A DNA stretch of 64,000 nucleotides from Octopus sinensis. Its lineage: Eukaryota. Shown here piece by piece: positions 33,051 through 47,094 of this stretch. Where the stretch lies: contig NC_043023.1 in NCBI RefSeq assembly GCF_006345805.1, forward strand, positions 14,818,001 through 14,882,000, given 5' to 3'. The position numbers were made by a program, and so were the translations under genes. Each line of letters starts with the position of its first letter. The first letter of the stretch is position 1. Below the pieces are notes generated by a model, which worked only from the letters and a program-made list of their open reading frames with translations, searched no databases and was not told the DNA's origin.

Positions 33051-34004
33051 AAATCAAAATGTACTGCGAGTGGGGATACACGGTGTTATTTACATTGAAC
33101 AACGTATTTGGGGGGTAGACATCATTTTAACATTCATTTTGTGTTTGGATGGGCTGGATAGAGTTTATGGAGATGGACTTTCTACAGCTGGATGACATCT
33201 GACTGACATCTGTAAGGTGGTGAGTTCGACTCCTGGCAGTGCATTGCCTTCTTAAGCAAGACACTTTATTTCATGTTGTTCCAGTCCACTCAGCTGGCAA
33301 AAACTGAGTAGTACCTTTATTTCAAAGGGCCGGCCTTGACACATTTTGTGTTATGCTGAATCTCTCTGAGAATTAAATTAAGGGGACATGCACTTGAGGG
33401 GTCCTCGGCCACTTGCATGTTAATTTCAAGAACAGTTGACTCGGTCAACTGGAACCCTAAAAAATGAATAGTGCCCATATTTCAAAGGTCTAGCCTTCTC
33501 ACATTATGTGTCATGCTGAATCTTCAAGAACTACATTAAGGGTATGCATGTCTGTGGGGTGCTCAACCACTTGCACATTAATTTCATGTGCAGAGCGTTC
33601 TAGTGATGAAATTAACTGGACCACTCATCATAATAACTGACAGGGTGCCAGTTTATAGATATATATGTTTGAAAAACAGGTTACGGGTTATGGACCGAGG
33701 GACCAGCTGCCTGTAAAACAAGCTTATACTGATATAATGATCAAATCTATGTGTTGTACAATTTTGCCAGCTGGAGCAATGTGAAATAAAGCAAAATTGA
33801 GTTGTACGCGTAATTCAAAGGGCCAGCCATGTCACCTTCAGTGTCACACTAAATCTCCCTGAGAACTTACATTAAGGGTATGCATGTCTGTGGTGTACTC
33901 ACCCACTTATACAATAATTTTATGAGCAAGCCGTTCAGTTGATCAGAACAACTGGAACCCTCACCGGCGTAACCAATGGAATGCCAGTTAATAGATGTAT
34001 ATGT

Positions 34005-34766
34005 TCGAATGGTCATTGCCAGTGCCGCTGGACTGGCCCTTGTGCCGGTGGCACGTAAAAGCACCCACCACACTCTGGGAGTGGTTGGCGTTAGGAAGGC
34101 ATCCAGCTGTAGAAACTCTGCCAGATCAAGATTGGAGCCTGGTGCAGCCATCTGGTTTGCCAACCCTCAGTCAAATCGTCCAACCCATGCTAGCATGGAA
34201 AGCGGACGTTAAACGATGATATATATATATATATAAATATATATATAATATATATATATATTGATGGAAATGGTAAAAAATTTGAGCAAGGTCGTTGCCA
34301 GAACCGCCTGACTGGCCCTTGTGCCGGTGGCATGTAAAAGCACCCACTACACTCTGGGAGTGGTTGGCGTTAGAAAGGCATCCAGCTGTAGAAACTCTGC
34401 CAGATCAAGATTGGAGCCTGGTGCAGCCATCTGGTTCGTCAGACCTCAGTCAAATCATCCAACCCATGCTAGCATGGAAAGCGGACGTTAAACGATGATA
34501 TATATATATATAATATATATATAATATATATTGATGGAAATGGTAAAAAATTTGAGCAAGGTCGTTGCCAGAACCGCCTGACTGGCCCTTGTGCCGGTGG
34601 CATGTAAAAGCACCCACTACACTCTGGGAGTGGTTGGCGTTAGGAAAGGCATCCAGCTGTAGAAACTCTGCCAGATCAAGATTGGAGCCTGGTGCAGCCA
34701 TCTGGTTCGTCAGACCTCAGTCAAATCGTCCAACCCATGCTAGCATGGAAAGCGGACGTTAAACGA

Positions 34767-34804
<38 letters not shown>

Positions 34805-35050
34805 ATGGAAATGGTAAAAAATTTGAGCAAGGTCGTTGCCAGAACCGCCTGACTGGCCCTTGTGCCGGTGGCATGTAAAAGCACCCACTACACTCTGGGA
34901 GTGGTTGGCGTTAGAAAGGCATCCAGCTGTAGAAACTCTGCCAGATCAAGATTGGAGCCTGGTGCAGCCATCTGGTTCGTCAGACCTCAGTCAAATCGTC
35001 CAACCCATGCTAGCATGGAAAGCGGACGTTAAACGATGATGATGATGATG
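34005..35050 (+). repeat. Tandem array of about 270-bp units (RTE 3' UTR plus TA tract), about 4 copies
   Basis: Unit starts at 34261, 34531 and 34802 are nearly identical; the first copy is more diverged. Confidence 0.92.
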
Positions 35051-36439
35051 TTTGAAAAACAGGTTAAGGGTTATGGGTAGAGGGACCAGCTGCTTGTAAA
35101 ACAAGCTTATAGTGATATAATGATCAAATGTATGTGTTGTACAACTCTGCCAGCTAAGAGGACTGAAGCAAGGTGAAATGAAACAAAAATAACTTGTACC
35201 TGTAATTCAAATGGGTCAGCCTTATCACGCTGAATCTCTGAGAACTAAATCAAGTGTATGCATGTCTGGAGCACTCAGCCACTTGCATGTCAATTTCACA
35301 AGCAGGCTGTTCCATTGACTGAATCAACTGGAACATTCGTCATAATAACCGACTGGCTGCCAGTTCAGCTAATATTCCTATAATCATGCAAGATATTTTC
35401 ACTATAGGCGCAGGAGTGGCTGTGTGGTAAGTAGCTTGCTTACCAACCACATGGTTCCTGGTTCAGCCCCACTGCGGGGCACCTTGGGCAAGTGTCTTCT
35501 ACTATAGCCTCAGGCCGACCAAAGCCTTGTGAGTGGATTTGGTAGACAGAAACAGAATGAAGCCCATCATATATATATTGGTGGCACGTAAAAAGCACCA
35601 TCCGAGCGTGGCCGTTCGCCAGCCTCGTCTGGCACCTGTGTTGGTGGCACATAAAAAGCACCCACTACACTCACGGAGTGGTTGGCGTTAGGAAGGGCAT
35701 CCAGCTGTAGAAACACCGCCAGATATGACTGGCCTGGTGCAGCCTTTGGGCTTCCCAGACGTTAAACGATGATGATGATATATGTATGTGTGTGTGTCTG
35801 TGTTTGTCCCCCAACATCTCTTGACAACCGATGCTGGTGTGTTTGTGTCCCCGTAACTTAGTGATTCGGCAAAAGAGACCGAAAGAATAAGTACTAGGCT
35901 TACAAATATATGCAAGGAGTATTTTCCTTGCATGGTAGTGAAAAATGAGTCCTTGAATGCAGAGAACTTGAGAAAACTGGGGAGAAATAAAGTGGGTATG
36001 CTCCACTGAATGAATATACAATGTAAGTGTGCATGGAAAGACACAGCATAAATGTACTGAAAGAAAAAAAGTGTGAAGAGGAATCAGACGTAGTGTGGAC
36101 ATGAGATGTGTATGGATGAGGACAGCTGTAGTGAGAAGCACCAATCACTTCATGTGGTTGGAGTTTGTAGAAGGGGGAAGAGATGGGATGAAGGGGCAAA
36201 AAGCATTGTCAGGACCCAGAAACTCATGGAGATGATGATAAAGGATCAGGATGACTGGTGACAAGCATTCTGAAGAAGACCTGTTTACTTTGGCAGAACT
36301 GACTTCTGGAAGAGCTGCATGTGTGTCTATGTATATATTTACATACACACTTATGTATGTTGTAAAGGTACAGGACTGCTGGCTAAGGTATTGCACACAT
36401 GACTGCTAGGTTGCAGATTCGATTCCCAGATCAGGTAGT

Positions 36440-36980
36440 AAGAAGGGAGCCTCTTGGCAGTCCCCTCAGCCAGGAAAGGCACCTCCAGGCAGTCCCCTCA
36501 GCCAAGAAGGGAGCCTCTTGGCAGTCCCCTCAGCCAGGAAGGAAACCTCCAAGCAGTCCCCTCAGCCAGTAAGGGAACCTCCAGGCAGTCCCCTCAGCCA
36601 TGAAGGGAATCTCCAGGCAGTCCCCTCAGCCAAGAAGGAAGCCTCTTGGCCGTCCCCTCAGCCATGAAGGGAACTTCCAGGCAGTCCCCTCGGCCAAGAA
36701 GGGAACCTCCAGGCAGTCCCCTCGGCCAAGAAGGGAACCTCCAGGCAGTCCCCTCAGCCAAGAAGGGAACCTCCAGGCAGTCCCCTCGGTCAAGAAGGGA
36801 ACCTCCAGGCAGTCCCTTCGGCCAAGAAGGGAACCTCCAGGCAGTTCCCTCAGCCAAGTAGGGAACCTCCAGGCAGTCCCTCGGCCATGAAGGGAACCTT
36901 CAGGCAATCTCCCCAGCCAAGAAGGGAATCCACAAGCAATTATATCAGCCAAGAAGGGAGCTTCCAGACAGTCACATCAG
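36440..36980. repeat. 32-bp minisatellite CAGCCAAGAAGGGAACCTCCAGGCAGTCCCCT, about 16 copies
   Basis: Period 32 measured directly. Confidence 0.93.
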
Positions 36981-38670
36981 CCAAGGGAATAACTAGGCTA
37001 TCACATAAGCCATCAAGGGTGCCTTGAGGTGATCATATAAGCCAACAATTTTCTAGGGTATTTTGGGAATCAACACAACGGTCAGTAGGCAGCTACAGGA
37101 TCGAAAAGCCATATGTTTAGAGGGAAAGAACCTTTTAACATGAAGAATATCAGAATCCAAAGTCACAAATGTGCTGGGAAAAATAATTTTTTCACAAAAG
37201 GAGTCACTTTCATGGGATAACATTTTACAAAAGTGGCCCCTTTCGTGGAACGACATTTTACAAAAACAAATCCCCTTCAGCCTCCTCCCATGTTTTTGGG
37301 GAGAAAAGAATCTTTTTTTAACACAGTAGCAAATAATTCAAATCATGCTATCTTTCATCCATTTTTTCTTACGGTATCTCAATCCAACATGCCCACCCCC
37401 ACTAACTTTTTTTCGAAACATGCACACATTAATGCCTCTCCCAAGCCCCATGTGAAATTTTTATAGCAATTACTGAAGAAGGCAAGAATTTATGTAATGG
37501 TTTCAAATTTTGGCACAAGGCCAGCAATTTCAAGGGAAGGTAGTGTTTCGACTATCACAGTGGTTCCCAACCTTTTCACTACCTATTTCTTTATTACCCA
37601 CAAGCGGCTAAACATAGAAGGGACAAACGAAGACAGACATAGTTATTAAGTCGATTACATCGACCCCAGTAACTGGTTTTTATTTGGAAGCACTCCGTCG
37701 GTTACGACGACGAGGGTTCCGGTTGATCCGATCAACGGAACAGCCTGCTCGTGAAATTAACGTGTAAGTGGCTGAGCACTCCACAGACACGTGTACCCTT
37801 AACGTAGTTCACGGGGATATTCAGCATGACACAGAGAGTGACAAGGCCGGCCCTTTGAAATACAGGTACAACAGAAACAGGAAGTAAGAGTGAGAGAAAG
37901 TTGTGGTGAAAGAGTACAGCAGGGATCACCACCATCCCCTGCCGGAGCCTCATGGAGCTTTTAGGTGTTTTCGCTCAATAAACACTCACAACGCCCGGTC
38001 TGGGAATCGAAACCGCGATCCTACGACCGCGAGTCCGCTGCCCTAACCATTGGGCCATTGCACCTCCACTGGTACTTAATTTATCGACCCTGAAAGGATG
38101 AAAGGCAAAGTCGACCTCGGCGGAATTTGAACTCACACCGTAACGACAGACGGCTACGCATTTCGCCCAGCGTGCTAATGGACCTCTTTTATTTAAATGA
38201 GCTTTCAGTTTTCCAACTGACCCCTTTTAATATACTTATCCTTATGTACATTATATATATATATACATTCTTTTATTCTATTATTTGTTTCAGTCATTTG
38301 ACCGAGGCCATGCTGGAGCACTGCCTTTAGTCGAAAAATAGACCTCAGGACTTATTCTTTGTAAGCCTAGTACTTACTCTGTTGATTTCTTTTGCCGAAC
38401 CGCTAAGTTAGAGACATAAACACAACACCGGTTGTCAAGCAATGGTGAAGGGGACAAACAGATATATATATATATCACCTGACTGGCCCTCGTGCCGGTG
38501 GCACGTAAAAGCACCCACTACATTCTCAGAGTAGTTGGCATTAGGAAGGGCATCCAGCTGTAGAAACTCTGCCAGATCAGACTGGAGTCTGGTGCAGCCA
38601 TCTGGATCACTAGTCCTCAGTCAAATCGTCCAACCCATGCTAGCATGGAAAGCGGACGTTAAACGATGAT

Positions 38671-38722
<52 letters not shown>

Positions 38723-40984
38723 GATGGTTTCTCTTTCAGTTTCCATCTACCAAATCCACTCACAAGGCTTTGGTTAGCCTGAGGCTATAGTAGAAGACAC
38801 TTGCCCAAGATACCAGGCGGTGGGAGTGAACCCAGCACCATGTGGTTGGGAAGCAAGCTTCTTACCACACAGCCACTCCTGCACACACACACACATATCA
38901 TCATCATCATCATTGTTTAACGTCTGTTCTCCATGCTAGCATGGGTTGGACGGTTCGACCGGGGATCTGGGAAGCCAGAAGGCTGTACCAGGCTCCGGTC
39001 TTATCTGGCAAAGTTTCTACAGCTAGATGCCCTTCCTAACGCCAATCACTCCGAGAGTGTAGTGGGTGCTTTTTACGTGCCACCTGCACTGGTGCCAGGC
39101 TAGGCTGGCATCGGCTACGGTTGGATTAGTGCATTTTACGTGCCACCTCCACGGAAGCCAGTCGAGGCGGCACTGGCTTCGGCTACGATTCAGATGGTGC
39201 TTTTTACGTGCCACCGACATGGAAGCCAGTCAAAGCGACATATGAAATTTTGAATTTAGTTCACAAACTCCCACTACTACCTTTGCAGACCACACAGGTT
39301 GGGAACCACTGGACTATCACATCGACCCCAGTACTTGCCTGGTCCCTTATTTCATCAACCCCAAAAAGAAGAGCAGCAAATTTGGCCTTACTGGATTTGA
39401 ACACAGAATGTAAAAAGCTGAAAAAAATGCTGCTAAGCATTTTGTCTGACGCACTAATGATTCTACGAGCTCACTGCCCTCAGATAATTTGTATTATGAA
39501 ATCATATTGGACTCCAATATGATTTCATATTGAAGGGGCACCATCCGATCGTGGCCGTTGCCAACCTCACACCATCTGATCGTGGCCATTGCCAGCGTCG
39601 CACCATCTGATCGTGGCCATTGCCAGCCTCGCCTGGCCTCATGCCGGTGGCACGTAAAAAGCACCATCCGATCGTGGCCGTTTGCCAGCCTCGTCTGGCA
39701 CTTGTGCCAGTGGCACGTAAAAAGCACCCACTACACTATGGAGTGGTTGGCGTTAGGAAGGGCATCCAGCCATAGAAGCAGATCAGACTGGGCCTGGTGC
39801 AGCCTTCTGGCTTCCCAGACCCCAGTTGCACCGTCCAACCTATGCCAGCATGGAAAGCGGACGCTAAACGATGATGATGGGTCAATAAAAATAAAGTGCT
39901 AGGGTTGTCCCATCCCCTCAAAATTAGTGGCCTAGTGCCAAAATTATAAAAAATTATTATTATTATTGTTAGGCAGCGAGCTGACAGAATCATTAGTACA
40001 TGGGGCATAATGCTTAGCAGTGCTTCTTCCAGTTCTTTTATATTCCAAGTTCAAATCCCACCAAGATCAACTTTGCTTTTTTATCATTGGGGTTGATGCA
40101 ATCAACTTGCCCCCTCCCATCAAATTTCAGGCCTTGTGCTGCATAGGAGAAAAAAAAATCGTTAAAGGTAACATGTTTTTGAGACTGCGGATAACAGGCA
40201 GGTACTATGGGAGACAAAGAAAAAAAAAAAGGAACTTAAAAAAAAAACAAAACAACAGAGAACAAAACATAGTTCCACCACCATCGGCATCTCCAATCCA
40301 TCCACGCCATCCAAAAATATTCCACCCAAAATATTCAACAAGCAAGCGTTATTTGACAAGCAGGTATAAAAACAAAATGGTACGAGCCAAATCAAGGTAG
40401 ACAGGTGCAAGGCAGCAGTTTCCGAAAGTAGCAAAGCAACTGGGGTTTTTAGATGTATACAGTAAATAGGAAATGGTGCAGGTGTAATGTTAAGGCACAG
40501 AAAGGGGCCTAACTATTTGACTATTATTATTATTATTATTATTATTATTACTGTTGTTATTATTATTATTTTTATTATTATTGTTGTTATTAACATTGTT
40601 ATTAGTTTGAGAGGGATGCATTCAGCAAGAAGTTGTTATATGTGCACGCTAAGCAGGGGAGAGGCTGGTGGTGCAGTAGACGATGCCCAACCAAGAAGGA
40701 ATTAAATGCAGGATTGATTAAAAGAGCTTTAGAAGATTCTAAAGTAACATCTTGTTGGTATCAGAGAGGGATGGAAGAGAGAGAGAGAGAATGAAAAAGG
40801 TGGGTGGAGGAGGATAAATGGATGGATACATAAATAATGGTAGGAAGAAATAGATGAGAAGGGTTAGGGTTAGTTTGGTGGAGTTTTTCACCTACCTTAG
40901 TAGGAAAGGGAGATTACTGAGCAGAGGGGTTGATGGATGAATAACAGGAGAGGGAGGGGGTGAAGAAAGAGAAAGAAGGGGTGA

Positions 40985-41545
40985 ATGGACAGAGAGAGAA
41001 AGAGGGCTGAGTGGACAGAATGAGGGCCGAGTGGACAGAAAGAGGGCCGAGTGGACAGAAAGGGGGCCGAGTGGACAGAAAGGGGGCCGAGTGGACTGAA
41101 AGGGGGCCGAGTGGACTGAAAGGGGGCCGAGTGGGCTGAAAGGGGGCCGAGTGGGCTGAAAGGGGGCCGAGTGGGCTGAAAGGGAGCCGAGTGGGCTGAA
41201 AGGGGGCCGAGTGGGCTGAAAGGGAGCCGAGTGGGCTGAAATGGGAGCCGAGTGACTGAAAGGGGGGCCGAGAGTGGGCTGAAAGGGGGCCGAGTGGGCT
41301 GAAAGGGGGCCGAGTGGGCTGAAAGGGGGCCGAGTGGGCTGAAAGGGGGCCGAGTGGGCTGAAAGGGGGCCGAGTGGACTGAAAGGGGGCCGAGCGGGCT
41401 GAAAGGGGGCCAAGTGGACAGAAAGGGGGCTGAATGGACAGAAAGGGGGCTGAATGGACAGAAAGGGGGCTGAGTGGACAGAAAAAGGTCTGAGTGGACA
41501 GAAAGAGGGCTGAGTGGACAGAAAGAGGGCTGAGTCGGCTGAAAG
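40985..41545. repeat. 20-bp minisatellite GAAAGGGGGCCGAGTGGGCT, about 27 copies, followed by purine-rich sequence to about 41930
   Basis: Direct inspection. Confidence 0.93.
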
Positions 41546-41964
41546 GACAGAGAGGGTGATTGAGCAAAAGATGGGTGGATACAGAGAGAAAGATGGGTGG
41601 ATAGAGAAAGGGAAGGATGGGTAGATAGGACAGATGGAAGATAGGTGGAGAAAAAAAGGCCAGCCAGTGAGAAAGAAAGACCGAAAATATGGAAGAAAAT
41701 AAGAGAGAGAGGGAGATGAAACAAATAAAGGAGAGAGAATGACGAATGTAGAGTGAGAAAGCAAGAGAGGAGGAGATGAGATATGAGAGAAGTAGAGAGA
41801 GGAAGAGAAGAGAGTGAGAAGAGCAAGAGAGATGGAGTGAGAGAGAGAGATGGAGTGAGAGAGAGAGATGGAGTGAGAGAGAGAGATGGAGTGAGAGAGA
41901 GAGAGACAGACAGACAGAAGAAGAAATATATAAAAAGAAGATTATAACATTCCAGTAAAGTCTC

Positions 41965-42205
41965 ATTCAACAAGGCAGCAGGCCGGAAGCAACCCCCGTA
42001 GCGGGCCCTACACCAGGGAGCTGGGCATGATTAAGGAAGATCTCCAGAAGCTCCAGGAAACAGAGGAGGCTGGCACGGGACCACCAGCAAAGGGGAGCAC
42101 TGATGGACCTGGTCAGGTCTACACTCAAAGATGCCTCTGGGACCACTAACATGGGATGACCTCAGCCCCCATCAACCAAAAGCATGAAGCAAGCAAGCAA
42201 GAAGC
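41965..42205 (+). mobile_element. Possible degenerate LINE 3' end with an (AAGC)n tail
   Basis: Plus frame ..PRSGPYTRELGMIKEDLQKL.. weakly recalls the RTE RGRPxxRWxDxIKEDL motif. Confidence 0.3.
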
Positions 42206-43094
42206 ATTCCAGTGAAGGCATGTGGCCTAGTGGTTAGGCTCTTGCCCTCACGATCAGTAGATCGCGAGTTCAATTTCCAAGCAGGGTGGTGCATTGTGTT
42301 TTTGAGCAAAATACTTCGTTTCATGTTGGCTCCAGTCCCCCTTCCGATCAGGGTGAGAAATCTTGGCTTGCTTGCTTAGCCAGCGAGGTGGCATCATTTG
42401 AAGGCTGAGATGATGATGCAAAGTGCATTGTGACCAGTGATGTGTAACAACATCTGATAGCCTGGTCAGTCACATGATATAACATTCCACTGAATACATT
42501 ACAAATGTTTTGAAGGGAGGGTGAAATTTTGCTGGTGGATTTATTGTTCACTAAATACACTACTACTACTATTATTATTATTATTATTAATTATTATTTG
42601 ACTGAAGTGTGCATGAACTGAAATTATTTTTTTTTCTCACATGGAAAAACTTGGCAAGTAAAAAAAAAAAAAAATTAAAAATAAAATATAAATTTGCAGA
42701 AAAAAAAATATATACCCAAGTTAATATTTACTATAAGATTTTAGTAAAGCCAGTTTTTTTTTTTTTTTATATATATATGCATATGTACACAGATTTATAT
42801 ACGATATATACGAGATATATATACATATATATGCATATGTATGTATATATGGATATATATATATATGCTTGTATCATCTAGTTTAGTGGAGTTTTCACCT
42901 ACCCCAGTCTTCTTGTGCTTGCCAGCTACCACGGACACATACTTCAAAAGAAGAGAAAATATACGAATATCAATAGTCAGTATCTCATTATTTATATTAT
43001 TATTATTATTATAGGTATGCGTATTTATATACATAAATATTCGTTATATGTATGTAAAACAATTTATCCAGGATTGGTCTGTAATATATATATA

Positions 43095-43353
43095 GTGACG
43101 TATATTTGCCATTGAAATATGGCTAACCCCTAAGAGTGGATGCTACCGTAGTTTGTAGCCCCAGGAGGCCACCGCCTCTAGCTGGCTATAGACACACTTT
43201 CTGTGCCCTATCAATATTGACTTCCCTTTGAAATTGATAGGGCACAGAAAGTGTGTCTGTAGCCAGCTAAAGGCGGTGGCCTCCTGGGGCTACAAACTAC
43301 AGTAGCATCCACTCTTAGGGGTTAGCCATATTTCAATGGCAAATATACATCAC
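43095..43353. repeat. Fold-back inverted repeat, 121-bp arms, 17-nt loop
   Basis: Arms 43095-43215 and 43233-43353; four transition-type mismatches seen. Confidence 0.93.
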
Positions 43354-43424
43354 GATGTGTTGTAGCTACTGTTTATAACTCGCTCTGAGATTTATTATTG
43401 CATATATATATATATACATACATT

Positions 43425-43975
43425 AATGCCTCGATATACGAGTTAATTTGTTACCGGAGACCGCTCTTAAAGCGAAAACTTGTAAAGAAGAGCAATAATT
43501 TCCCATAGTAGCAATGTTATAAATCGCAATTTGTTCCCAGAAAAATATTTCACCCATAAAATTTATAACACTTGTAAACAAAATGGCAATAAAACAACAG
43601 TAGAATGTAAAGAATATTTTAAAGTAAAAAGAATGTCAAGATCATTTATAATTTTTTTTAAATATTATTATTATAAACTGTTGTGTCTGGGGAGAGTCAT
43701 TTTCTTTTTGTGCCTTGACACAGCAGAATGTGCTTCAACACACGAAATCATATAAAGAATCTTGCAAACCAAATCCAAAATCGAAATATTATTATAATCC
43801 CTTTCTGAATCCCTTTCACTCGCAACAGACTCGCGCACACAATCATTTGCAGATGCAGTCGCCGATTCACAAGCACTCGTAGACAGACTTGAAGATTTCT
43901 TTTTAAAAAACAAGTCTAGAGTTGTTTGTTTAGAAGAAGCTTTTTATCATTCTTTATATATTTTTCAGTAACACG
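43425..43975 (-). mobile_element. Tigger/pogo DNA transposon remnant
   Basis: End CCTCGATATACGAGTTAATTTGTT and minus-strand peptide KASSKQTTLDLFFKK, a QxxLxxFF C-terminal motif typical of pogo-like transposases. Confidence 0.55.
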
Positions 43976-43985
43976 CAAAAACATT

Positions 43986-44211
43986 TAACCCTTTAGTGTT
44001 CAGATCATTCTAACAAACATAATGCCTATTGATTCCCATTGATTTGAATTAATCATGCATTATCTCATATCTTCAAGATCTTGATGGTGTAATTACTTAA
44101 TATAGAATAACATTGTAGGGTAGGCGTGAGGGCCTGGATCTGGTCAGTTTGAACATAAAACAGATTAACTATTTTGGCTGGATATGGCCGGTTTAAATAC
44201 TAAAGGGTTAA
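43986..44211. mobile_element. TTAA-flanked MITE, second family
   Basis: TTAACCCTTTAGTGTT ... AATACTAAAGGGTTAA; degenerate relatives at about 27200, 30370-31000 and 31560. Confidence 0.7.
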
Positions 44212-45546
44212 GGTAGTAGAAACTTTTGCACTTTTGTGTAAGCTGAAAAATTAAACGCATAAACCTAGGGTCCCGAAAAGTGAGGAATAACTGTATACAT
44301 GAATGTGTGCACTTATATGCATATATATATACATGTAGCAAAGCAGGAAACTAGAAATTTTCTGATATTATTATGTCTTCATTACATGTGTTTCATTTGC
44401 TAATAGGAATTACAAGGATTAACATGTTAGATAGACATGTAAGGAATTTCCTATCGGAAAAATCATCAGATAGAGAAAGTTTTTTATAATACAAAAATAC
44501 ATTTGAATGAAGCGTTTATATCTGGATATTAATCGGAGGCATCATAAACAGCCCCAGCGAATTAATAATTCTCAATTTTAATATGTATTTTGACAAACAT
44601 ACAGCAGCAACTGTGGATACATATTGTAGTAATGGAATGAGCAGATGGGCTTCAAGAGGAAACAGCTGGCATTTACCCTAACTACACATATACATACATA
44701 CCAGTGGTGTATGGTGGTTGTTGTTTTGGATATACTGTCATAACCCATCATCATCATCATCATCGTTTAACGTCCGTTCTCCATGCTAGCATGGGTTGGA
44801 CGGTTCGACCGGGGATCTGGGAAGCCAGAAGGCTGCACCAGGCTCCGGTCTTATCCCAATGCCACCAAATTTCAATCAGGGGAATAATAAAAGTTTTCCA
44901 TTAAGATTTGTGATTTAATTTAATGAGTAAGGTTAAAGTCCAACCGATCGCGGCCATTGCCAGCCACCTCTGGCCCCTGTGCCAGTGACACGTAAAAAGC
45001 ACCCACTACACTCACAGAGTGGTTGGCATTAGGAAGGGCATCCTGCTGTAGAAACACTGCCAGATCAGACTGGAGCCTGGTGCGGCCTCCTGGCTTCCCA
45101 GACCCCAGTCGAACCGTCCAACCTATGCTAACATGGAAAACGGACGTATGATGATAATGATGATGATGATGAATTTGTCATTTCGATGGGTGTGCAGCAC
45201 ACACCTAGGACACCCAGAGTATACGTCCCTGATACATACATATATGTCTGTCATAAATAAACTGAGGACCCCTCAAGTTCATCTGATGGTATGTCTGAAT
45301 GTTACTCGTTAAAACCCACAAGACATAAAATCTAATTTCCTTTCTACAATACTCTTTACTCTTTTACTTGTTTCAGTCATTTGACTGCGGCCATGCTGGA
45401 GCACCGCCTTTAATCGAGCAATTCGATCCCGGGACTTATTCTTTTGTAAGCCCAGTACTTATTCTATTGGTCTCTTTTGCCGAACCGCTAAGTGACGGGG
45501 ACGTAAACACACTAACATCGGTTGTCAAGCAATGCTAGGGGAACAA

Positions 45547-45585
<39 letters not shown>

Positions 45586-46821
45586 CATATATATGACAGG
45601 CTTCTTTCAGTTTCCGTCTACCAAATCCACTCACAGGGCTTTGGTCGGCCCGAGGCTATAGTAGAAGACACTTGCCCAAGGTGCCACACAGTGGAACTGA
45701 ACCCAGAACCATGTGGTTGGTAAACAAGCTACTTACCACACAGCCACTCCTGTGCCTAATACTTTACAATTAATTAACAAGAGAAATGAACGGCATGGAT
45801 GAAAAAAGAAAACATCATCAAATGACGATTATAACAACACTGGATTCATTGAAAAATTTAATTATATGAGAATTTAATTATATTTAACACTTTTGGTACC
45901 AAACCACCTGAGACCATTCCTGGTTTTATGTTACAACTGTCCGGTTTTAAACGGATTTCAACTTAAAAACCTTCCATCAAAATTGCATGTTAATTTGTGT
46001 GCTAAAGTTATTTACTAAATTCTTAATTATTCTCTCAAATTAATTGAAACAAAGGCATGTATATGCATGTGTGTGTCAGTCCTTAGACCCCCTTCGGTCA
46101 GACACTGATCATGGGTTTGCACCTAGAGAGTTACCCTCTGAGGCACAAGTCTGGGCAAGGTTGTTTTATGGAAGACCAGCAGTCGCCCATGCATACCGGC
46201 CTCCCCTCTCCACATCACCGATGTTGTCCAAGGGAAAGGCAAAGGGGCCGATACAGCTTGGCACCTGTGACGTCGCAACTCATTTCTACAGCTGAGTGAA
46301 CTGGAGCAACGTGAAATAAAGTGTCTTGCTCAAGAACACAACACGCAGCCCAGTCCGGGATTCGAGCTCACAACCTCACGATCGTAAGCTCGATGCTCTA
46401 ACCACTGAGCCCCTATATGTGTATATATACACACAAACACACACACTTATATATACACATATATATATCAGAGGCAAGTGGTAATCTTTCTGGCTGGGGA
46501 AGCAATGACCAAAATTTTCTGTCACGTATATATTTGAATCGAATTGAAATTTCATAATATACAGCTATCTTTAAAATTTTTTAAATCACATTTTATATTA
46601 AGGGTATTCAGTAATTTGAAAAAGTATAAAATATTAGTTGAATAAATGCAGAAAACTACGTAGGAGTGGCTGTGTGGTAAGTAGCTTGTTTACCGACCAC
46701 ATGGTTCTGGGTTCAGTCCCACTACGTGGCACCTTGGGCAAGTGTCTTCTACTATAGCCTCGGGCCGACCAAAGCCTTGTGAGTGGATTTGGTAGATGGA
46801 AACTGAAAGAAGCCCGTCGTA

Positions 46822-46868
<47 letters not shown>

Positions 46869-47094
46869 TTGTGTGTCTGTGTTTGTCCCCCTAGCATTGC
46901 TTGACAACCGATGCTGGTGCGTTTACGTCCCCGTCACTTAGCGGTTCGGCAAAAGAGACCGATAGAATAAGTACTGGGCTTACAAAAGAATAAGACCCGG
47001 GGTCGAGTTGCTCGATTAAAGGTGGTGCTCCAGCATGGCCGCAGTCAAATGACTGAAACAAGTAAAAGAGAAAGAGTAAAGAGAGAGTGTTATC

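Noticed and set aside
34261-35050. CRISPR-like appearance of tandem arrays (also 15799-16570 and 31052-31477)
   Set aside because: No unique spacers and no cas genes; eukaryotic context.
37040-37470. Possible DNA-transposon remnant
   Set aside because: No TIR pair or transposase motif could be identified.
40858-40875. GGGTTAGGGTTAG telomere-like motif
   Set aside because: Only two units; expected by chance.
44435-44475. Minus-strand CUGAUGA...GAAA hammerhead candidate
   Set aside because: Stem II and stem III cannot form with the core in register.
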